The translations under genes and the position numbers were made by a program. Shown here one piece after another: positions 54,926 to 64,000 of a DNA stretch of 64,000 nt. Numbering within the stretch: position 1 is the first letter of the stretch; the number at the start of each line of letters is the position of its first letter. Source of the DNA: Guillardia theta CCMP2712 (taxonomy: Eukaryota; Protista; Cryptophyta); assembly GCF_000315625.1 (NCBI RefSeq), contig NW_005434664.1, positions 1,035,228-1,099,227 on the forward strand, in the 5' to 3' direction. A model generated the notes under the pieces. It ran no database searches and had not been told where the DNA came from. It worked only from the letters and a program-made list of their open reading frames with translations.

Positions 54926-56019
54926 CTCCTCCTCCTGCCTCATCTTTATTCTGAACCTTCATGAATCGTTTCTTTGTCGCAGGGCTGACTGTGCCTCAAG
55001 GAATCACAAGCATGTTCTCGAAGGTTCAGAACAGCAACCTTGGACTCGCAATTTCAAGTGACCTTGTTCTTTCTGTGCCCTTTACGGAACTTACTCAGAC
55101 GCCAGGTGTTAGGAGCAGAATCAGGCCATGGGTCACTGACTTTGGTAACCAGCCTATGTTTCTCGTGCCATACTTGATAGATTGGGAACTTGAGTCGTGG
55201 GTTGCTTTCAGTTCCCAATGTTGACCTTTCAAGAGCACAAACCTTAACATCCAGCTCTGATCGTTAACTTGCAACAGGAGCTGTTTCTCAATTCACTCGC
55301 CCTGGAGATGACTGGGCTACCCGCCTAAGAGTAAGATATCTCCCTGCTCGAAGAATCGCCTGAGGCAGGTGACAGATCAACGTCACGTACTACAAAGGAA
55401 ACTATGGGATCATTTTCACTGGATTCGTGGTTTACTCCATCATCTCCAATCCTTTCCTCCTTGTATCTATAATCCTCCTCCTCGGTGCATGGTCATGGCT
55501 TCTCGGGATGAGACCAAGACTCGGTGAGAGGGAGTCCATACATGTTGGGGAACCACTGACTTGCTTCAACAGAGGACGGATCTATTGCCCCAGGTCACTC
55601 TCCCACGGCGCTTGCAGGGTCCTTTGCTGATACATCGCAGTGACTGTTGGAGGAAGAGTGCTCTCGGGGTTTGAGCAGAAGGTAGAAGAATAGGCAGGTG
55701 GATCCGGGATGCTGATCCAACGCTCAGGTTGCCCTGGGGTCCTTCACCTTCATTCTCATGATGATTACGAGCCTGGGCAGCACCATTTTCTGGGCACTGG
55801 TACTCGGTTTAAGAGAAGTAGCGTTCATGTGACGCCGTGGGATCTTCAGGGTGCAAGCATGTTTTTCATCGTAGCGCATGCTATCACGCATAAGACTGAC
55901 ATGCATGAAGTCAGTTGCTTTCCTCGCTGGATTCTAGCAGACGTCTGACGAGCTTGCAGGTGGACGCTGAGCAGTTCGGAGTCCCCGGCCAGTTCACGCC
56001 TGCCGATGCTTCTGCCTAA
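54813..56019 (+). CDS. PRA1 (prenylated Rab acceptor) family membrane protein
   Basis: RIRPWVTDF, FTRP..WATRL, NVTYYKGNY, hydrophobic hairpins, IVAHA; stop TAA at 56017-56019. Confidence 0.85.
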
Positions 56020-56229
56020 TCCACCTGATTCACTAACATCTGCACCGAATAATTTATCTTCATCCTTGAGATTCTACACGGCAAAGATGGAGACTGTGTC
56101 TATCTAAGCTGATGCAAGTGTGACTGCTGCCACAACAATTGAAATGCATGCTGAACGTGTTGAGTTGTTATATTTCGAAATCTATCTTCTAAGTCTTGTC
56201 ATTGAATCAAGTTTTCTACAACCTTGTTG

Positions 56230-58850
56230 TCACCTCATTATGTTGCCATGATGTGTGTTGCTATCGAACATCACGCTCTGCTCTGTCGACGGCCACCTGT
56301 ACGGCGGGCGGACGAGGGAGGCAGAGGCGAGGACAGGCATGTCGGGATGGGAGTGTCCTCCCACTCCTCCCGGTGAGTCAGACTCCAGCAGCACGGGGAA
56401 GCGCAAACTATCCGGGGAGAGCTCGTGCTGGGGGGACGTGCGGAGGCTGCTGGAGGAATGAGATGGTGGACTTGTGCTCCGTGCGGGGGAGATGACCTTC
56501 TCCTTGATGGACCATGTACACCTGATGCTCCGAGTCAGCTCACAGCAGGGGAGGGCAGCCAGTCTCACCATGTCACTCCTCTCTCCGTGTCGGACTTGGT
56601 CCAGAAATTCTTTCCTGACGTGAGGTCGAGATGTTTCTTCCACTTCATCTGGAAAGAGACGTCACAAGGCGTAGACGAAGCTGATGAGTGACCTCGTCTA
56701 CTTGGAGCTCTTTGAGAAGATGCAAGGTCTTGTTCAAAGATTGCTTCATCGACCTTGAAAGGTGGCAGAGGTCAGGACACGGTCTGGCCTTACGGCTCGT
56801 ACTGTATGGTTTTGATTTGACTCAGCTCTCTCCGTCTGTAAGCTCCCTTCAGCTTGCTGATCTCTTCGTCCCTCATCGGCTTCATCATCTGCAACGCGTT
56901 TGCCATCTGAGCTCAAGTCAGTCTCAGACCTCTTTCAGCACACCAGGCCTTCACCGCTTGCTGCTCTAATGCTCTCATCTTCTCCTGCAACAAGTCCTTC
57001 TCTGAGATCAGCTTGATGTTCTGCGAGGTCAGCGAGTGAACTTTCTCTTCCAGCTCTGAGATTCTATCCAGCCGTTAGACTACCAACGACAAGATTGTGG
57101 GGTCACCGTATCCTATCTTCCATCATAAACCTTGTGTTGTACATTTCATCCTGCTCATTGTCGGAGCTGTTCAGGTTTCTGCATCAGCGCCTGCACCTGA
57201 AAGGAGCAAGAACCTTTCAAAGTAGGCGTTCTTCACCATCTGCTTTGCCAAGCTGAGCTGATTCTGCAGCTCAACAATCTTTGGGTTCATCGTTCAAAAT
57301 ATGTTTGAAGCTTCAAGGTGGGACTCGTCACCTGCATACGTAGCTTCAAGTTCTTTTCCTTTTCTCCTTCGGATCCGTCCGAAAGATCATGGCCCCGGTG
57401 GTTGGTGAAGGAGATGTGAAGCGGCGAGTCTTCCTGCACATCGACTCGTCTCACTTTGATCACTGCACAACAGACGCAACCTCTTCATGGACACTCTTCC
57501 TGTTGGAGGATTCCGACTTGGAGTCATACATGAGCTGAGATTCTGTGCTAGGAGATGACAAGGTCGCAAGCTGGAGGGCAAGTCAGAGGTCTCGGAGCAA
57601 CAAAGGGAACGGAGCAACCGATCCCTCTGAGGTGTTGTCTGCCACGTCGTCTACATCAGGCAGCAAGCGCTTCATCCGCTGCTGACTGCATCTCAGTACC
57701 AGACAAGCTGCTCTTGTGCCTGTACCTTGGGCTTGAGAGCGGAGGGAAATTGAGCGGGTTCGATGGGAGACAAGACCGTCCAAGACATGTTTGCTTTGGA
57801 GTGGGACACCTTGTGCAGGTCTTGTACAAAGTTGAATCTGGAGTTGGACATCGACATCGCTGAAGGATCAAGCCGTTAGAACGTCTGCCTGAGCTCTAAA
57901 ATTCTCAAACCTTCAGAGGCCTGCACACTTGCTGGATAGGTAGGACGCTGGTATCGCTCAGTCTGCTGCAATGGCCTCACACCAAAGAGCTCATCATCAT
58001 CGTTGACATCACCGCATACAACTCTCGTTGCTGCTGCGCATCATGAGACTGCGCGTCATTCCACGTGGTTGGCGATGGATCTGCTCTCTGCCAGCTCGAC
58101 GGGTCTTTGAAGGGCCCTGAGCACACGTCAACAACCTGGGGAGGCTCATGTCAACATACTGGGGTATCGCTTCTGGGCTGCCTCCCGGTAGCGATCGAAC
58201 TCCATGACGCTCTTAGGCCAGCAGAAGCTTCAGGGTCACCAGTCTCTTGCTAACTTCGCATGTCTGGAAATCACTGGAGGTTATGGTGATGCTTGAGTGA
58301 ATTCTAGCTAGCAAGGCAGCAAGGCCTGATCGGGTACACCGAGGAATTGTGAATCCTTCTAACTCGTCGTGGTTCTGGATGCTACTCATGGGTTCTCTGC
58401 CTGTTACTTTCCGTGATATCTACAAGTTCTTGAGTAATCTCTTGCGTTTCTTCTTCAGCCATCAACATAAGATGAATTAGTGTCCACGTCCTGCTCTATC
58501 ATCGTTTGATGATCTTGTGCATGATGACCAATACACGCAGATCTCAACGCCGATCATGACCAACATATGATGATCGACATGTTCAAATGGCCCGACCGCT
58601 CTGCACAAGATCTCAACCCGTGCAGAGACCCTGGTATGCTGTCAGTGTGCAGCCTATCCCTTCCTCCGCCCTTTCACAGTATCAACTAAGTTGTGAGAGA
58701 CAGCCTCGCACTGGCCTTCTCCTCACAGAGATCAGCATGACAAACTCTCTCATCTGCTCTACTTCCTGCCGACCGGCTCGCTCATCTCCTCGGCTTCTGT
58801 TCCGCCGACTGACTCTCGCAGGCTCGCATGCTTGTATGCACTGCTTCAAC
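56230..58850 (-). CDS. Hypothetical multi-exon protein with coiled-coil segments
   Basis: Minus-strand exons IVELQNQLSLAKQMVKNAYFE, SELEEKVHSLTSQNIKLISE, MANALQMMKPMRDEEISKLK. Structure and ends uncertain. Confidence 0.4.
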
Positions 58851-58939
58851 GGCGACTTCCTTGCACAACATCCAACTTTTACTTAAAAATATAAACTGAA
58901 AATTCTGTGAGCAATTTTTGAATCATCACTGTCCGATCA

Positions 58940-59720
58940 ACTTGTGGCCGTCCGATCCCGGAGTCCGATGATCCCGTGTCCGCCGGCCCGCGGGGCGCCG
59001 GCCCGCCGGGCGGTGACTCGCCGCGGGCCGGGGACCGCCTAGAGGCTAGTACCGCCGGCGTACGGCCCGGCCGGCCGGGCCGCGGAGTCCGAGCGCCCCG
59101 GCCGGTAAGTTATCATAGTATGATACTATGCCATCATGCGGTGGCACTGGCACGGCCCCCGGCCCCCGGGACTCCGGATCGTCACTGGCGAGTCACTGCC
59201 CGGCCAGTGGCCAGTCACGCGCGGTCGTACCGTACGGTACTGGTACGCCGGGCCGCCGCCGGGCGGCCGGCTGCCCGGCCGCACCCGCGGGCCCGGGGGG
59301 GGACCGGGCCGGGCGGGGCGCCGCGGGGCCGCGCGGCGCCCGCGCTCGCCCTACCGTACCGCGCGGCCAGCCCCCGCCACCGAGTCACTGTCAGTAAGCC
59401 CGGCCGCGAGGGGCCCCCGCATCGAGCTGAGTCACCGAGTCCGCGGCGGGCGGGGCCGCAGAACTTCGGAACCGTCTCTAGGACTCCGGCGCCGCGCCCC
59501 GCCGCCGGGCCCGGCCGCCGGCGTGCCACTGGCGGCCCGGGCTGTGACTCCCCGGGCCTCGGACTCGGCGGTACCAAACTTGCACCCGGCGCCGGACCGT
59601 CTCGGGTCGGCGTCCGACACTGTCACGTGGAGCCTCGCCCGGCGCGGCCGGGCCCCCGACCGTGGCGGTACGGTCCAATATAACAACGGAAGGACCCCCC
59701 TACCCCCTCACTGACTCACA
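58940..59720. other. GC-rich palindromic island
   Basis: GTACCGTACGGTAC, GAGTCACTG, GGCCCGGCCGGCCGGGCC motifs. Confidence 0.8.
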
Positions 59721-60345
59721 GAGTCAGCCGCACTAGAGTACCACCCCGCCGTACTTGGGAGTCCTCTCGCGGAACTTTTACGTCGGTTGTTGTTTGCTTC
59801 CAGCAACAATTCACACGAACCCACCCTCCCTCCCAAGACCCAGCATGGGGTCAGCCATTGTCAGCCCACCGGTCACCCCAGTTATCTCATAGCCAGTACC
59901 CCCTTTTTCATCTAAGTGACCCCTTCGGTACCTACCCCGCGCACAGATTGCGTCCCTTGACCCACTACCCTCTCTCCACTGGGCCCCAGCACAGCACAAC
60001 CTCCCACAGCAGCCTCTCACCATCCCCTTCCGAAGTTCCTCCTCCTTCTCCCCCCCTCCTCCTTTCCCCCTCTCATCCTCTATCTCCCTCCCTTGCCTTG
60101 CCTTGCCTGACCTATGACACTTGCTGTTTTGCTCATGTTGCCTTCTTATGTTGTATAATTTCCCTATTTTCCCTGTGCTGTGTTATGAAATGATATTGAT
60201 GTTCAATTCTAGACTTGAAGTTATCATCCTTTCCAATCTTATTTCTTTTGTTACTGATCTTGGATGGCAATCTCACACAGTGATCAGGTTAGAATGACTT
60301 CCACAGCAACCTCGAATACTGTTGTTCCCTTCGAAGAGCCGGTAG

Positions 60346-62259
60346 ATGCAACCAAGGGCAAGCCTGATGTCTTCCGTGTCGATTTCAGCAACTACATGAG
60401 CACTCAGGTGTGAATGCGAGCATGCAGCGCCTCGTAAACCTGATCCTTCGCAGGACCTCATTGCAGAGATTGACAAGAAGCAGCTGATCGACCCCAAGAC
60501 TCACACTCGCGCGACCGATTTCGTCAACGGAGTGGTCAAGGATGAGAAGATACAAGACGTAGCTGGGCCCAAAGGGATGGGGGTGCTCAAGACTGCAAGT
60601 TTTCCCCACGACTACGCTGAAGAAAGGATCAAACGAGCGACTGGCACGCAGATGACTGCTTATCAAGTTCATCAGCACTTCGCGTCTCCGCAATTTGTTG
60701 CGATCGACAAAATTATCAAGGAGAACAAGGAAACAATTCTCCACATGTTCCCCACGATCGCGTACATCGGCTTTCCTTCCAATAATCAGACAATGACTGG
60801 GCCAGGGTTGATTATCCTTACCAACAAAAGAGTTTACATGTATTGCCACGAAGATCGAACAGCAGCTTCTGGAAGCGAGAACATGTTCGGAACAACTTGC
60901 TGGCCACGGCTGCTGTGTTGCTGCATTCCCGGTGGGTGCGCTTTCTGTCCATGCTGCAAGGTGAACAACGGAGAGTACGTACACGTGGCTACTCGTGAAA
61001 CAGAGGATATCTTTGCTGTTGTGGGCATAGAGGACATTCTTCCAAACAGTTTTTCTTTTGACAGGGCAGAGAGTACAAAACTGCAGAGGAAGTTCAGGTA
61101 CGAGTCATTCGATACAAGGTGTTGGCCGTGCGGCTGTTTCAACCTCTGCACGTGCATGTGCTGCGCGCCATGCTGCTGCTGCCTGACTCCCTGCCTCTGG
61201 TGGTTGCCCCAATGCTTGTGCCCTTGTGACCAAGGGGTGCGATGCGAAGTGCTCACATGCTCTGTGATAGAGCAGTGCTGCTGCATCTGCAGGTTCTGTT
61301 GCTATCACGGATACAGCTCGTTCAAATACGACTTTGGTTTTCATGATTTCAAACGAGTGGAGCCGTACGTGATCAGGGAGTTCACCAAGGGCGATGACAG
61401 CGAATGGTCCCTTGAGGAGCTGCAGGAGCTTGAAGAAGCGCTCATGATCCTCGAGTCAGGACTAGAGCACACGTGGCGAGATGGTTCAAAGACCAAAGGT
61501 GACACGCCTGATGCATGGAAGCATATGGTACGAGAGAGGCTTCCAAACAGGAGCGTCAAGCAGGTAAATTTGTCTCCCGATTCTCTGCCGACTTGTCTCA
61601 CTGCTGATCTCCCAAAGATTCTTCCTCTGATACTCGTCTGACACCACTTTTGACTAGTGTCAAAGTAAGCGCGAAGAGCTGAAAAAAGGATTCCGGACAT
61701 ACCAGAACTGCCGTGTCGCAGCGTATCGCGGAATCAACTTCAAGTACCTGGATCGAGCCAAGAACAAAGTGGGACGCCTTTCGTTGTCCAAAGATTCTCG
61801 ACATCTGAGTCTCGCTGCAGGCCTTGACGACGACGGCGATTGTGGACCATTCAGTCTGTAATGTCGAGGAGCTCTGCAAGTTCACGATTTCAGCAAACTC
61901 GATGGAAAACCTGGCGAAAGACGTCAAGATGGTACGAGGGAGGATGAGGCGACTTGAAACTGACAAGGTGCGATGATGCAGCTCAAGAACTCGATGAACG
62001 GTTACGAAAACAACGGCAGCAGCCTCGTGAGAGATGCCGTCCTCGACACGCCGTCCCTTGGCTCGCTCTTAGCCTCTCCCGGACAGCTGGCAAAGTTGGC
62101 GAAGAAGTATCTGGTGTGCTGCAATGAAGACTACTGCTTCGAGTTCTGCTGCGGAAAGCTCATGCTGGCATGCCCAAGATGCAGGCCATTGTGTTGGTGA
62201 GATTGACGTGGAGACTTGACGGCTTGTCTGAGGCTTCTTGATGCAGGTGCTGGTTCTGA
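60346..62259 (+). CDS. Cys-rich protein with a PH/GRAM-like strand motif and a SANT/Myb-like domain
   Basis: GPGLIILTNKRVYMY; very Cys-rich blocks; WSLEELQELEEAL...DAWKHMVRERLPNRSVKQ|C; Cys-rich C-terminus ending CRPLCWCWF*. Confidence 0.6.
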
Positions 62260-62489
62260 TGGGGTCACGCTCTTTCTGTTGACTTGGATCAACAAGATCA
62301 AGTCTTCTCCTGCTCATCGGCATGTCAGGGATACTGTGTGTGTGTGTGTGTATTTGCAGCGTCAAATCGCGTCAACTTATGAGGATAAGATGCGACTGGT
62401 ATATTATTAGCGTCATTGATCGTTGGTTTATTAGCGTGATTGAATGAAGCTTAACCTCTGGACATGCTTGTCTTCTGGACATGCTTGTC

Positions 62490-62740
62490 TCGTCTCATGT
62501 CGACATGCTGTCTTCTCGTCTCGTCTCATGTCGACATGCTGTCTTCTCGTCTGGTCTCATGTCGACATGCTGTCTTCTCGTCTCGTCTCATGTCGACATG
62601 CTGTCTTCTCGTCTCGTCTCATGTCGACATGCTGTCTTCTCGTCTGGTCTCATGTCGACATGCTGTCTTCTCGTCTCGTCTCATGTCGACATGCTGTCTT
62701 CTCGTCTGGTCTCATGTCGACATGCTGTCTTCTCGTCTCG
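62490..62740. repeat. 31-bp tandem repeat x8, each unit carrying the palindrome CATGTCGACATG
   Basis: Palindrome starts at 62496, 62527, 62558, 62589, 62620, 62651, 62682, 62713. Confidence 0.97.
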
Positions 62741-62958
62741 ACGAGCTCGAGGCACCATGGAAGGCAACTACTAGGTCAGCTACAGCATCGGGCGCATCGG
62801 TCAGCTGGAGAAAGGAAGCGAGTACACCCTACCACGTAGGGGTGGCATTGTATCAAGATAGGGGTAGGGGTACTTTGAAATTTGGAGGGTGGGTGGTCAA
62901 GGTATGACAAACATGGAGATGAAGAAATGGGAGGGTAGGGAGAGAGAAAGCAGTGAAA

Positions 62959-63064
62959 GCATCAGCAGAAGCAGCAGCTTCAACATCACCATTCGCATCA
63001 GCAGAAGCAGCAGCTTCAACTTCACCATTCGCATCAGCACAAGCAGCAGCATAAGCATCAGCAG
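62959..63064. repeat. 36-bp tandem repeat, about 2.5-3 copies (GCATCAGCAGAAGCAGCAGCTTCAACATCACCATTC)
   Basis: Direct reading. Confidence 0.85.
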
Positions 63065-63563
63065 TGTGTGTAGCGAGATCCGTAGCAATAACATTGGGAA
63101 GAAAAAAAACCAAAGTAGCAGCAGAAGTTGAAGGAAGAAGGGGAGAAACGTGGTGACATGAAAGGCTAGAAGGACGGAAGGAGAATCACGCTTTCCTTGA
63201 CAAGGATGGTTTCATTGATAGTCTACTCCACAATCAACATCTTTGTCTGCCCCATCATTGCACCTCGATTGATTTTCAGCTATTGCCTCTTTCTTTTCAC
63301 GTAGAGTGCGAACACACTTGTTTGGCGGTGGGCGTGATTCCTTGTGTCTGATGTCTCAACGACTTTGATTCCTTGTGATGAATCTGTGTCCTGCTTTTGA
63401 ACTTTCATCCCGGTGATTTCACAGCTGAATTCTTTGAGGCTATTTTTGTTGGATCTATTGTTCTCCATAGACACATGTCACACCTTCTTTCTGTACATTT
63501 GATCCTTTCTACTGCCGCAAACCTTTCGCTGTCTGACATTTCATGTGCTAGCACACGATTGCC

Positions 63564-64000
63564 ATGCCTAGGCAGCATCCTCGCATCCATGCTTTGTGCA
63601 TTGGAGCAGGAGAATACCAATACATTGACAAGCTCGACGCGCCCAAGGATGCGAGGGCAATGCACAGGAAGTTTGAAGAGACACCTCTGTGCAAGTGTTT
63701 CTTGAATGTAGATCCGACATCCAAGGAGGACATGCAGAAGCAGCTGCAGGAGCTGGCCGAGTCCTCCTATGGTCGACCTCCTCAGGTCACTTTCATCTTC
63801 TACGCGGGGCATGGATGCCAGCTGACCAGCGGCCCGTTGGCCATGCTTCCTTGCAACTTCAAGGCTGCGGAGGAGGAAACGATGATGGAGGAGGGAACGT
63901 TCACTCTGGACGAGCTTCTGGATATTTTATATGAGTCTCACTGGTCCTGGAACAAGATCCCCGTCGTCTTCGTCATGGATGCTTGCAGGGAGTCAATTCA
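63564..64000 (+). CDS. Caspase-like peptidase (family C14, para/orthocaspase-like), truncated by the window end
   Basis: Uninterrupted frame absent from the ORF track: MPRQHPRIHALCIGAGEYQYIDKLDAPKDARAM...VTFIFYAGHG (catalytic His)...VVFVMDACR (catalytic Cys). Confidence 0.88.
   Translation, partial: MPRQHPRIHALCIGAGEYQYIDKLDAPKDARAMHRKFEETPLCKCFLNVDPTSKEDMQKQLQELAESSYGRPPQVTFIFYAGHGCQLTSGPLAMLPCNFKAAEEETMMEEGTFTLDELLDILYESHWSWNKIPVVFVMDACRESI

Noticed and set aside
62490-62740. CRISPR-like array
   Set aside because: Units are contiguous with no unique spacers, there are no cas genes, and the context is eukaryotic; it is a minisatellite.

Overview
Eukaryotic, intron-rich nuclear DNA: many ~45-60 nt GT-AG introns, some GC-AG, and longer introns filled with purine-rich microsatellites. 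Axonemal genes (NME7, IFT56) point to a flagellated organism. Gene style and GC-rich palindromic intergenic islands suggest a cryptophyte-like alga (inference, not confirmed). About 17 protein-coding loci were reconstructed by hand across introns: TraB-family protein, NME7, ATP-PFK, a Tudor-like/HMG-box protein, ARP4, PAF-acetylhydrolase, PICOT-type glutaredoxin, PPIP5K/VIP1, IFT56, C2H2+RING-H2 protein, ubiquitin-like protein, PRA1, a Cys-rich SANT-like protein, a caspase-like (C14) protein running off the 3' end, and several hypotheticals. Two observations stand out. (1) The Tudor-like + HMG-box ORF splices in frame, through four canonical GT-AG introns, into an ascorbate-peroxidase domain with all catalytic residues intact, predicting a DNA-binding heme peroxidase. 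(2) An unrecognised small-protein family with an ungapped 24-residue motif, FLx[FY]YG-x7-V[ST]-x3-NLx[ST]DF, occurs six times at two duplicated loci, including a head-to-head gene pair inside a 1.4-kb direct repeat. There is a 100-N assembly gap at 10624-10723. No rRNA, tRNA, CRISPR array or transposase was seen. Exon boundaries are manual predictions.
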